A stretch of 63,000 nucleotides of DNA, filler included, from Bigelowiella natans CCMP2755 (taxonomy: Eukaryota; Protista; Cercozoa): assembly GCA_000320545.1 (NCBI GenBank). It is 8 parts of 8 records of this genome, joined end to end, with 100 filler letters (N's around TTAATTAATTAA, not from the genome) between each part and the next. Parts side by side here need not be neighbours in the genome. Positions count along the whole stretch, not along the records: positions 30,303 to 50,823 come from ADNK01003368.1; 7 more parts are not named here. The stretch is one strand, 5' to 3'. The position numbers and the translations under genes were made by a program. Below are positions 35,076 to 48,439 of this stretch, in pieces. The first letter of the stretch is position 1. Each line of letters begins with the position of its first letter. The notes under the pieces were generated by a model. The model made no database searches and was not told the DNA's origin. It was given only the letters and a program-made list of their open reading frames with translations.

Positions 35076-37602
35076 TGCAAATTGACCGTAATCCCCACGA
35101 GTCCGAAAGGCCTGTGAAGCTAAGAACTGCCACAACACCCGCCGCGTCAGCAGCCTTCCAAGTTGTCTGCCAAGCCGCTGTCGCTGCACCATGCACAAGG
35201 ATGGAGTAGAGGATCTTCTCCCTTGGGTTCGGCGTGACGCCCACGCACACGTAAGCGCTGATAAGCACGGCCATGAATGTCCTCAACGGAAGTTTGCCCA
35301 GTAGTAGTGTAAAAGGAGACCACCAGCAGCAAATCTACCAAAAGACAGACATAGACAGACAACTCGGCTTATCATACACTGCTTCAGAAGAAGCGCGCAA
35401 TCGGTCCTTGCTACAAGCTCGCATTCGTATGCAACATATGGCGTATCTGATACTGCAAGCACTACCCTTTTGGTGCTGTCCTCTCGTCCTCCTCCTCCTC
35501 CTCCTCCTCCTTGACTGTCTTTGTCGCCGCCTTTTGGATGATCTACAGCTGGGGCTTTTGCAGCTGAAGCTTGTTCTCCAAGTGCCTTAGAATATACACA
35601 GAAACGTTATAAATTAATTATGCATACATGTACATACATGTACACATATGAACTTCTATATCGAACGCATCGTCGCTATATCTACCTGTTGAAGGGCTCT
35701 CATAGCCTGTGCCACAGGAAGATCATGGGGGCTGCTTCGCAGCGTCCGCAGGATCTATTCATGCAACACCAATGGCGTATTTGAGGTGTGAATCTACGAA
35801 GATGCTAACGAATTCTTTACACACACGCACACGTTATGTGAAAAACATATTTTGCAGTTATCATATAGCTTGTTAGCGCATGAATGAGTGAGTTTATGTG
35901 CGTTCTGAAGGGGCAGCAGCGACGGGGATGTGATTGTCGTCATCAATACAGAAAAGGCTGTAGAAATAACGATGTTGCGCCATCAGCGAAATCGCAAAGC
36001 CACAACTCAAGCGGAGATAAGGTAATTCGTGAAGATAATGACTATTTTCAGCTAAACACTAACCTGTTGCTGGTTTTTCCCTTGTTGTAACATGGTAAGC
36101 GCAGCCCGAACGTTGGGGTCTGCAGTGTTATTGCTTGGAGCTGCCTCCTTCCCATCAGCTACTATAATTTTTACTTTACACCGCTGCTTGGGGGGGGATT
36201 CTCTGGAGGGGGAGGTGGATTGGTTGGGTTGATTGAAGCAGTGAACGAATGGATTAGCGAAGAAGCCACAGATGTATGGCCGGACTATTTCCCCTGAGAC
36301 CCATTTCAGGCACCAGAGGGCGATAATAATGAGTTCAAACGTACGCCTCAGTGTTGATGACCTGACTGTTATTGAAGAGGCTCCTGACATCGAAACCCCG
36401 ATCACAGCCCCAACACAGCATATAGCTACAAAGAACACCTTCTCCAGCCTCACTGTGGAAGAGCTCATGCTACCACAGAGGCATCTAGTCTCTCCACTAC
36501 TATTACTAGCAGCAGCAGCAGCAGCATCCCCTGCAACAACGCCGCTCGGAGAGCAAAGGGTCCTTGGAAAGATGTTCTCCAACGACACGATATACCCGAA
36601 TCCGGTGCAGTATATGACCATTGCGGCCTCTGATATCGTGAAATACAGGCACGCAGCGACGAGGGAGCTTATAGCGCTGAGAGCAGCCATTCTCACTAAC
36701 CGATGGACGGATGCAGCAGGAGATCTACCGAAAAGTACAATAAGAATCTGCTCGAAAGCCCAGAGGAGCAACACATCGAGCTGGGGGAGAACTCCTAGCG
36801 GGTATAAAGCTAATGAAGAGGCGAATATTGCGCGGCCTGCGACACCGATGATATGCGGAATGGAACCCATTCTATAGCCCTACGAAAACGATTGAGATAG
36901 CGGTGATGATGATGATGTTGATGATGATGACGACAACGATGATGATTATTTGGAAATCTAGCTGCCACATCTTTACAAACATGACTTATTGCATACGAGG
37001 ACTTCCTTCTTCTTCCTCTAAAGACCCATCCATGCATGCAGCGGTGCACTATCTCTAACCCCTTTCTACACCAAAACGACGACGAAAAAACATAATAATC
37101 TTGTCCACACGTCGTGGCAAAGACAGAGAGTTTGTTTGTGCGCTATCGGCTGTTCTACAAGTATCAGTAATGACTTATTTCAAGTGCTTCTCTCAGCAGC
37201 ACCTACCCACTCAACAGCAATGAGAGCGAGCGCGTACACGGCACGCGTGTACGCGCCCAAGGCAGGTGTCCAGTTGGCTATTCCGTACTTCCCCCCCAGC
37301 TGCTCGTATTCCATGCTCGCAATACCATTCACTTCAACAGGGTTCTGTATTAACAGAGGATGAAGGATGGAGATTCCTATGCTAAGGCTGGAGAAGATGA
37401 AAAACAGCCACTGGTGGTAGGCCCCCGTAGGAAGAGAACCGACGACCCCGAGGATGATGATGCATATATTAGAAAAGAAACAAGATAAGTCAGATGCACC
37501 AGAGCAGCGTATGATTCATGATAAAATGCGGGATGATTACCGGAAAACAAATACACTATAATATAATGCACAAACACGGACATAAACATATAAATACATA
37601 AA

Positions 37603-37638
<36 letters not shown>

Positions 37639-37956
37639 TGTGTGTGTGTGTGTGTGTGTGTATGGCTCCTACCGAAAGATTTCATCTACAAACAATCTGA
37701 CAACGCTAGTTTTAAATACGTGCGAGGTTTCTCTTAGATCAATGGCGAGGTAGTATTGTCCTAGTGCTGCCACTGATATCGCAAAGAATCCCTATTTATA
37801 AGTGGTGAAAATGTGGTGGATGTGTTATCACAAACCATTTCTCCTTTTTAACATAGCTAGATACTACAAAATCTATTTATATCAATTTGGTCGTAATGTT
37901 GCAGTATCTTATTCTTTCGCTATCCCTTTTCCTCTCCATTACGTTCTCCCCCTTCC

Positions 37957-37996
<40 letters not shown>

Positions 37997-38447
37997 ACCC
38001 TTCCTCAAAACCGCCCATTTTGACTTACGATAACAACAATTACAAAAGAAGAATCAAGAGTATACCAACACACTCATCTTTCTAGTAGCCAAGATAACCT
38101 GCAGCATCGTCTGTCCTACGTGGCCTCCAGGGCCTTGCTTGTCAGGCATCACCAGTTGGAATGTTCCGCCGCATGTTTCGAAATCGAAGTCGTCTTCATC
38201 TCCGAGGTGCCCTCCGCCTCCTCCATTCCCCTTCTTCTCCCCCCCCCCGTCAAACATTTTCACAACGTTATCGCTCGCTGCCTTCTTTTGCACCTATGGC
38301 AGCATGGAGGGCTCGATGTCAGTCAAGACGGAGAAAACGATGTATTCGGGGGAGGGGGGTATCGAAAATACAGTTCGAAATCTAGTGCCCTGTGGACGAT
38401 GGGTGTGATTTTTTTTTCTTACGTATTCCAGTCACTTAGACACATTG

Positions 38448-38478
<31 letters not shown>

Positions 38479-40527
38479 GGAGCAGTAGCAGCAGCAGCAG
38501 CAGTAGTAGTGGGAAGGCTGCGGTACGTAAGTGTGTATATGTCGTATTATGTTTCGGACCGAGCTGAGAGGAATCATTATTGCGCCGAACAAGAGCACTA
38601 AGCCTGATGCACTCCCTTGAAGAAGTGTATTTGGATTTGTACCGACGTTACCAATTTTCACATCATACATTGCCACAACAGCATCTACCTACTACTACCG
38701 ATCAGTATTGCATCTCAGCACAATGAAAAACAAAATAAAAGTCAAATCTTCAATTGGTTACTGTTTGTGCCATGAACATCCTCATCTCAAGTATTATTCA
38801 TCATATTGTTCATGTAGTACATGCTACTTTCCCACTACCCATTGCCACGTAGATAGATACCACACGCAACTGATAAAGCAAGGAAGGTACCAGCACCACT
38901 AGAATGCAATAGGCAAGGAGAGATGCCTGAAGGATGATGGTGATTATGGAAAAACTTCTTAAGTTTCGTGTCTGCATGCAACGGCACACAATGTGTGAGA
39001 GAGGGGGGAGAAATTAGGAGAAATTGAATTTAATAGACCTCCCCCCCTCCTTTTATTTCTCCTATGTTGTTGTTCTCTTTGATCTGAAGACCAGAAGTAG
39101 TGCTACTTACTACCTGCACTAGTGTAACGTAGCACGGTGGTTGATCTTCCAGCAGAAAACGAGCTCCCCCACAGATTGTGGATAACATCCTTAATGACAG
39201 TAAGTAGTGTTACAACGTGTCAGTTGGGGAATCGAAGAACCTATCTGCATGATGAATATGCGATGAGGAAGTGATATAACAACCGACCTTCTTCTAGCAA
39301 ATTCCGCCTTGTAAGGGGCCATTATCTTTGACACATCAGCTGCTGTATTGGCCTTAGCTAAGAAAAGCAGTCGATGATGATAAAACCAGATCAGCGAACA
39401 TAGAGCACTGATTGCAATCCAGAAGTGTGCTATTTTCAACTCTTCCCTCCCTTCCTCGTTGCTCTCATTCCAATATAATAACATGCCTTACTATACTCCC
39501 TGATCATCTCTCGATAAAGTCGTTCGTTATCTACGCGTTCTTATGCTTATTATTTAAATTAAAGCGTCCTGACAACAACCTTCTTCAAGCATCCTCTTTC
39601 TCTCTTCTATGGTGCTAAATGGTAGCAGCTTCGAACCCGAGGACGGGTTTTGAGATGGCGGCGGTCTACTTGGATTGTAGCTCCAGGCACCTTTTCTTTC
39701 AGGTGTAGGGCTGCTCTTCTTGTCTAGAGACGATATGAATCCTGCAATCTCCGGTAACGTTGGTTTTGTGCTCTTGCTTCCACCCGTCGCACTGACAAAG
39801 TTCGAAGAAACCGTAGCAGAATCATGATCATTTTCATGCGGGCTAAGGCGTTGGTTAGAAGATAACCTCGTATTGATGTCCTTGGAGCGAGCGAAAATAC
39901 AAGAGACGGGTGAGCAATAGTAGAATTTGGGAGGAGAGATTGCAGGAGGAGGAAAATGAAGAAAATAAGAGAATGGGGATAAATTATTTGAGAGATAGAA
40001 AAAACAGTTAATGGGACCAACAGCCAGAATAAGAGTTGGCGTGATTAGACACGATGCATCATGCAACAAATTGTGACTTTCTACTTCTAACCACCTTATC
40101 CAATTCCACCGTTGGCAACAATGAAAGGGATTTGTTTACCTCACTCATATGATGTTGAACAAAGTCTACATGTTATAACACACATTGTTAAATATATCGT
40201 CTCCGCTGTCCGAAGATTACTTACCGCCTACTGCGCCTTGGTTCCGAGCCCTACTTATCGCACTCGATATTTGGTTCTGAGATTCCACTGCTTGCTGGAC
40301 TTCCTGTTGAATCTCCTTCTGCATGTCACGCATCGCTTTGGTACCGTCAACATTTGGATCGAATTCGTTGTTGTCGCTGTCGTCACTTGCTTCAATCATT
40401 CGGAGCCTTTAAAATCGACGGAAAACCACTATCAGTTACTTGAAAAAAGAAATTATAGAGAAGTAAAGGATTACATCCGATCGACATCGTCTTCTCCTCC
40501 ATCTTGCATGTTGCGTCGGATGTCCAT
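31897..40527 (-). CDS. PCNX4: Pecanex-like multi-pass membrane protein (PCNX4-like), multi-exon
   Basis: Pecanex_C motifs PVFGLPIFLLGYPRPLR, YYKQMLPSI, GDFFALR, VKGLELQ/ETSCHTVEA, AIRAVWAALSLELVYFTNDDDER/YSTQSHGLLLRNLTVQSADPLGY. Many TM-rich exons upstream; start approximate. Confidence 0.85.
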
Positions 40528-41003
40528 CGGCCGAATGAATGCTTTCAGAGCGGCGATTTGTTAGAGTTTGGCGTGGATTGGGATCGTCACTTGGATGATC
40601 AATTAAATCTGTTCATCTTTCGTTCTATATATCTGGCTAGAATCGTGGAGGCGGTTACTTCGCACTCGTAATCGTAATCGCGCCGCCCCCCAGCACCCGA
40701 CGTCGGTTGGTCGTTTCAGGCTAGTAGACCTTTGACCTGTGGAAGTCGTCTCTGGCCAACCTCTTTGTTACGCCTGCGACAATACAAATAGCCGAAAGGA
40801 GAGAGAAATTCAGCCGAATTTTGAATCTGAAAATTCGTTGTCGTACTTATAAAATATGTAATAATATATGATTGCGACATGAATAACTTTCTCTGTCGCG
40901 CAATTCTCTTCGCTTCTTGAGCCCACCTTCGCTTCCCCCCGCGGCATTTGCTCGGACGCGAGCTGCAAATTGAACTCAAGCAAGAGGTTCCCTGCTCTGT
41001 ACG

Positions 41004-41042
41004 ATGATACCAAGGGGAAGAGGAGGTTTAGGGATGCAGGGC

Positions 41043-41076
<34 letters not shown>

Positions 41077-42382
41077 TGCAACAACAACAGATGCAGCACC
41101 AGCTCGGAGGGCGAGGTGGCGGGGTTGCTCCTTTCCATCCTCAATATCAGCAGCAGCCTCAGTATCAGCAGCCTCCTCAACAGGTATCCACATTTACAGC
41201 CAAACAACTGCCACTTCAGCTTGTGATGCCAATTAGCTGCAGCAGCTGCTGCTACACAAAGGCGCGCGGTCCTCAGTTTCATATCTAATCAGCCTGAAAT
41301 CTCCCTTGCCACATGTCTGAATTCCAGATTAAATGATGGTTCGTTTTTTATCAGTACTTTGGACATCATCCTCCTCCTCCTCACCATCCTCATATGATTC
41401 ACCCACCTCATGGGCGCGGACCAGCACCAGCTCCTGGCTATCATCCCCCCTTTCAAAAGCAGGCGCCCCAGCAGCCCTTCAATGGCGGAGGATACGGTTG
41501 ATAAGCATCCATACTTGTTGCAAAATAATTCCTCATTGGAGTCAGTTATATCGTTAGTTACTGTCGTGAATCTCTGCTGGGATCCATGAATGATGCGATG
41601 ATGTGATGATGGATGTTGGCAATTTGCCGCGATTTGGACAGGAGTTCCTCACCCTCAACCAATGGCAGGGGGACCTGCGACGGCCACACCCGGAGGAGGA
41701 GGAGGAGGAATGATGATGATGCCTGAGCAACCACCAGCAGAAGCACCACCGAACAATGAACTTAAAGATAGGATTGATAAGATGGCGGAATACTACATAA
41801 GAAACGGGCCAAGATTCGAACAGATGACGGTACGGATATAACATTCATTCTGCAAAAAAAGTTTCCATGCACATCTTTGTTGAATTGAATTTCCGTTATC
41901 TCTTACCCCACTTCTTCATCTTCTTCTTCCTATTCTTGATCTCCCTCAGCTGATGAAGCAGGGAGATAATCCGATGTTCCAGTTTCTGAAGAGGGGAAAC
42001 GCTGAGCATCGTTACTATCGTTGGAGAATATACTCGCAGCAAGCCAACTTAAGCACCGACGACATTAAGGAGAGAATGGCGGTCCTGCGCAATTTCAAGT
42101 TTCCTACCAATCCACCGCCGTCACTATCAGACATGAATGATGAAAAGCGCGTCGCAGAAATTCTCTCAACGCTAACAATTGCGAAGGAATCTATCAAGTC
42201 TAGCAGGAAGGCTCTCATCCAGCTTTTAGGTTGGAGAATTATTAACATTCGTCGTAGTTGTGAGCTCATGGGTCTACTTCTACAGAACAGTCAGTTGTCA
42301 ATTTTGGTGAAAATAAAGTGTCGTTTACGATCGTGGAGAACAAATAGAGCAGTCACTGCACTAATGTTGATCAATACTTCTT

Positions 42383-42429
<47 letters not shown>

Positions 42430-42440
42430 TTCTCTCTCTG

Positions 42441-42529
<89 letters not shown>

Positions 42530-43086
42530 TATATATATATTTATATTCCCCCTCTCCGTCTCTTTATGTGTGAACTTTGTGTGTGAACTTTGTGTGTTAT
42601 TGCCACCAGATTCATCCACCTCTCCGTCTCTTTGTGTGTGAACTTTGTGTGTTATTTATTGCCACCAGATTCATCCAAAAGCCCTGGGCGGATCTGCTGT
42701 CTAGTCCACCAGCATACGTCTCAAGCTGCACAGAAATCCGAACCTTTCCAACGCAGGCTCGCTGTCGTCTACTTGCTCAATGATATGTTGGTATACTATC
42801 TCAAACGAAAGACGGCAGCAGCAACCCCCGAGAGTGCGAGTGCTGAGGACGCTTTTTCGCGTGGCCTTATGCCCTACCTCCAGGAAATAATCACATGTTG
42901 CTTGGTGAATAACCAAGGAGGTGGGCCTGAATCTGCGATGAAGGTGTGGAGGGTGGTAGATATATGGGGGACGAAATCCATCTATCCCGCAAAGCATTTG
43001 CAGGTATTGAAGTCGCTGGTCAGTGGCCAAATAGAAGATCGTCAACTATCTGCTGCTGCTGCTGCTGCTGGATCAGCAGGTCACAT

Positions 43087-43118
<32 letters not shown>

Positions 43119-43971
43119 CACATGCAGGCGGATTCCCTCCTCCTCCTCCTCACCATCATCCTCAAGGAGGGATGGGTAGAGGAGGGCCCGGTCCTCCTCA
43201 TCATCAGAACCTTCCCCCTCACCACCTACCACCCCAATACCCTCAGGGAGGAGGAGGAGGAGGAGGAGGAGGAGGAGGAGGAATGAGAGGGGTACCCTCC
43301 CCCATGAACCGCATGCAGCAGCAGCAGCAACCACAGCATCCAGGTGCTGCTGGATATGGAGGCCCTCCTCCCCACGCTCCTCCCCCCCTTCATCACCGGC
43401 CGCCTCATATCCCTCCTCCTCATGCCCCCCATCATGCTCCTGCTGCCGCTGCTGCCCCCCCCATATTGCCACCGCCAGAGTCACTGATACATCTTGGTCC
43501 CGGTAATTTATTAACATTTCTAGTTGATAATGTCTTCTTACTCACTCTTCTGCTTGACCGTCACAATCATCATCATCATCATCTCGTTCATTTTATTATC
43601 ATCATCATCATCATCTCATGTTCATTTTATTCTTCCTCAAATTTCGCCCGCCGCAGGTCTTGTCGTGACCTTGTGCAAAGGGAGGCCTCCATACGCTCCG
43701 CTCGATCCCACAGAAGTAAATGCTGATGTGATTGGCACCACTGAGATTTTGATCAAATTGCATGCGATGAGATGACGAACAGTCTAAGCAGTCAGCAGCA
43801 ATATTTTCCTCCTCCTCTTCCTCTTCCTGATCCTCCTCTTCTCTCAAGCATTGTTACTCCTTTCTTTTTTGTGTCTGATTGTCAAGTTTTTCGACCCAAT
43901 GCTAAGGTACCCCACACCGTGCCGCCATTATGGGACAAGCCTCCAGATGCTATGATGATTCGCAAACTGGT

Positions 43972-44018
<47 letters not shown>

Positions 44019-44086
44019 GAGAGAGAAGCTGCGGTTTTTCCCCTCTTGGGCGCGCGCGTAATTTATACACACACACACACACACAT

Positions 44087-44132
<46 letters not shown>

Positions 44133-44539
44133 ATATGTATTATGTTATAATTTGAATTAGGACGATTTTTATCGGGAGTTGCACGTAGAAGAGCGCCAGT
44201 CATCGGGCGAAGGAAGTAGCAGTAAGTCGAGGAGTAGGCGGCGTTCCCCATCAAGGTAAGGAGCTATATGTCAGTCATTTCTCTTTCTCGTCGCTAAAAT
44301 GAGAGCTTATCAAGCAAAAGCGTGACGATTTGGACTTTTTTTGGGTGAATTGTTACAATAGCTCGAGGTCACGGTCTCGTTCACCAAAGCGCCGTCGGCG
44401 TAGGGCTGATAGTAGAAGTCGCAGTAGAAGCAACGAAAGAGAAAGAGATAGAAGTCGAGGGCGCTCCGGGGCATCGTCATCGTCGTCCTCATCTAAACGA
44501 GGAAGAGGTGGAAACCAGTTCGCATATAAATATAATTAG
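41004..44539 (+). CDS. CHERP: CHERP-like splicing/CTD-associated factor: SURP + CID + Pro/His-rich region + RS tail
   Basis: SURP (DRIDKMAEYYIRNGPRFEQMT..NPMFQFL...YYRWR), CID (KESIKSSR; RRLAVVYLLNDML; KVWRVVDIW), LGPGLVVTL...YAPLDP and RSRSRSPKRRR tail. Stop at 44539. Confidence 0.75.
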
Positions 44540-44699
44540 CGGGTCGAACCTGTTGTTGTCACATCATGGACATGGACCTCTCTCTAAATCTCAGAATTGA
44601 TGTTCACATTCCAATTATCTCTCGCAATGTAGTCGGTTGATCGGATGCAAAGCTGCACGTAGTTCAATGTGCTTAATCACATGCTTGATCATTAAATGA

Positions 44700-46130
44700 C
44701 ACTCTCTCTGCGTGCAGCAGCATGTACCAAAGTGTTCCAAAGTGTGATGACTTCAGACTTTGAACAACTACTGCAATGCACACTGTGGTTTTCGTGGGAT
44801 CAAAACTCACACGCACGCGTCATCACGCTGCATGTGCTTGCATGGCAAATCCTAGCAAGGATCGGACACTTTGGACTCACTCGATCACACTTCACATCAC
44901 ATCAAGCGCATGTTGAGATGTCCCAATTCTAGTCCAGCAGTGCATGCGTGCTCACCCTTCTGCAGTGTGCTCAGTGCTGATGCAATCATGATGGACAGAG
45001 CACAGTGGGCAGTCACTGCTCCGCTCGCTAGTGACAAGTCGGCAAGTCCAGATGCAATCATGCAGACCACAGGCGATCACTGCTCCGCTCGCTAGTGACA
45101 AGTCGGCAAGTCCAGAGGTCCAGGCGGAGTGTGACACAAGCTGTCTTCCTCACGATCCTCACGGACACCATGACACACCAGCTAGCTAGCTAGCCACCAC
45201 GCTAGCACGCCAAGCTGTCAGCAGTTGTCACCCGCTAGCTCGCTCCACGTGAGAGGATTGGTGGCGATTTGTGGCTGCATCGTGTCAGCGTGCCAGAATC
45301 GAAAGCTCGAGGCAACGCGCACACCTAGCTGGCCACAGGCACACACCTCTGGACCTGGACATGCGCGTTGTTCAAGTCCAGAAGTGCAAAGTGGGCCAGA
45401 GCCAGCCACTTGCTGGCTGACGCGAGGAAGGCTAGAAGGTGTGTGCGACGACAATGCAGCTCAACACGTGCCAGCAGGGCACTCAGCCATGCTGGCATGT
45501 GTGTGCCCAGCTGGGCACGCTGGCACGCTGGCACGCCATGCCAGCATGGCATCGGCCAGATCAGGCCACGTGACTCGACGAACTTCCTGGTGCTGGCTGG
45601 CTGGCACTGTGCGTCTTTTCGAAAAGTGATTGATTGATTGGTGGTTTGATTGATTCGTGTTCATTCAGACAGCTCCACAACCAGTGTGTAGCCATGCAGG
45701 CTGCAGAGCGTACCGGGTCAGAAGCACACATGTTCCCTGAGACATATGTGTTTCGCGTACGCTATGTAGCCACATAGGCTATGGACCAGACAAGCTTGTT
45801 GAGGTTCGCACACCGCTCCGGCGCTGCCGGACACAAAGCTGGAAAGCAACATGCGACACGACAGACGTGCACAGAGAAAGAGAATGCATGATCAGAGATT
45901 CAAGACTCAAAGTTCAAGATTGAGAGATTGAGTTTGTGAAGCAGCTGGAAACATTTCCGTGCCGGTACGTGCCGAGGGGTACTTCAGAAGTTCACGTCAC
46001 AAACGCATTTCAGTGTTGTCGCCGGTCAGAAATCCAGCGACGTCTTCACTGCAAAAGTTCTCTGGGAGAGCGCGATCAGTGCATGCTTAGTGCATGTTCA
46101 CGTTGCCCAAACACGAGGGAACATGCCGAG
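44700..46130. repeat. TpA-depleted repeat island with CTAG survivors and a ~40-bp direct duplication (45013-45116)
   Basis: Between ~44780 and 45685 all 11 TA counted are in CTAG. Confidence 0.8.
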
Positions 46131-46711
46131 CGAGTAATTTTGTTTTGCAGATGGGAATTCTCAGTGTCGTAAAAGAGAAATCGCAGAAAATATTGACTAA
46201 TTTGCTTCTTTTGCTTCAACTGCAATTAGTGCTTCTTGGCCGCTTCGCTACAAGTGGAGAGACTGCATACCCTTACATGCAGGCGACAACAGAATCTGCC
46301 GGATTGTTCTATTTTTGTTGCTGCTATGCCGTCGTGTGCTGTTTGTGCCTTGGCATACGCTCGATTCGGTAAAATCCGAGCCCATTCTGAAGCACTCGAT
46401 AAAGAATCTCTTTGGAAAGATATCGTCAGACCCTGAGGATGTAGCCGATGATTTATTTTTTGCGTTTTAGTGTGTGTTTCCAGTTCATAGATGCTCTTTA
46501 AAGCAATATCGCATGCCTTTTGACGCTTTGATCAGTGTGTTCGCCCCTTTGTTGAGAGTATAAAATCGGTTTGGATTTTGCACAAGCCAGGCCCCCTGTA
46601 CAAATAAGAGTCGCGTGTTCCATTTGATTTGCGCCGCAAAAATTGAGCTCGGCCTTCCTTCTAATCGTTCTTCGGTGTCGATACAAGAATAATTCACATA
46701 GTCCTAAAACT

Positions 46712-48152
46712 ATGGGAATTTGCACCTCCTTGGATGACAGGCAAAGGGCGGATAGAATGCTAAATGACAAGCTAGCAGCGTAAGATAGTTTTTTTAGGAA
46801 TTGTGAAAAAAAATGTGTTGGAGTATTGAAACTAGATGTGTATGAGAGTGCAAGACATTTTTCAATAACATCGCATTACATTGATATCATTTCATCACTT
46901 ACCTTTTAGGGACAAAAAAAGCGATGCGTTGGTTCACAAGCTTCTGCTTTTAGGTAGGTCGTTGACATGCCAAATAATTTAAATTCACAATAGATACATG
47001 ACAATAATAGGGGCAGGAGAATCCGGAAAGTCGACAATATTCAAACAGTTATCATGCATCTATGGAGAAGGAATTTCGATTGATGATAGGAGGGGTTACG
47101 TCCAGACTGTCCATTCAAATACAATACAAGCAATCAAGAAATTATGTAAAGCTTCAATACAGCTAGCGAAGTATGGGAATCTCAAGAATGACGAACATTT
47201 CATCGCATGCGAAGTCCGAGACGAAAAGACTCTGGGATACATGGACGAGATAATGAAGTTGAAACCGCTCGATCATCATCTTAGCGAGTCTTTAAATGCA
47301 AAAATCGCGCACATATGGAAGGACAAAAATATTCGCCATACATTTCAACACTTTCGTGGTGCGCAATCTATTCCGGACTCGGCCAGCTACTTTTTTTCGA
47401 GACTGGATGAAACTTGGAGGAAGGATTACCTTCCGAGCATACCAGATGTTCTTAGGTCCCGAGTTCGTACCACGGGGATAGTCGAACAGCATTACAGGTT
47501 CAACGATTCAAATTTTCACATATTTGACGTTGGAGGCCAAAGAAATGGTATGAGATTTCATTTTTTATAAGAATTCTTGTATCTAAAGAATTTTTTTTTA
47601 CAGAACGTAAGAAATGGATACACCTCTTTTCCGAAGTGACAGCAGTGCTGTTCGTGGCGTCACTAAGGTTTATGAAGAATTTATAATTGTTTTTTTTTTT
47701 TGTATTTTCATATCGTTAATACTTCCTGTTGTCCCTTTGTTTTATTTGAAAGCGCGTTCGACCAAGTATTATATGAAGATTCGAAGGTGAATAGGATGGA
47801 AGAAAGTTTGTGTTTGTTTGAAGAAGTATGTCACATGAAGCTTTTTCATCAAACCAATATCATCCTATTCTTGAACAAATCCGACCTCTTTGAACAAAAG
47901 CTGTCAATCGATAATATTAAACTAGCTGATTGGTGCCCAGAATATGAAGGCGAAAACGACTTCAAAAGTGCATGCTTATTTATTAAGGACAAATTTCTGC
48001 ATAGGAATGGAGTAGACAATCGCAAAAATTCCCAAATTTTTACCCACATTACCAACGCAACTGACACCGATCATGTAAAATTCGTTTTCAATGCTTGCCA
48101 GAATATTATCATCCATGCAAGCCTTAATCAAGCTGGACTTCTCATGCAATAA
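46712..48152 (+). CDS. GPA: Heterotrimeric G-protein alpha subunit (5 exons)
   Basis: MGICTS N-terminus, KLLLLGAGESGKST, RSRVRTTGI, DVGGQRNERKKW, LFLNKSD, HITNATDT. Stop at 48152. Confidence 0.95.
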
Positions 48153-48439
48153 CTAACGTACGATTCACTTGAAAATTAGTTCGTTTTCAGTGATTAGTAT
48201 TTCCAGTACGAGATGGGACTTAGATCATATCGATCTTTACGCAATAGGACATTGGTGTGACATTATTGTGGGGATGTTCAAAATGACACAAAATACTTTT
48301 TTGGCATACTCGATGCGCTTTTTTACATCTAGATATTGAAGCCATTTACTGTTGGGTTGCTAATTGATGATGGTGGTTTGCTATGCATGAAAAGTTAGCT
48401 AACTAATTACACCAAAGAAATTAATGTTCTATGATATGA

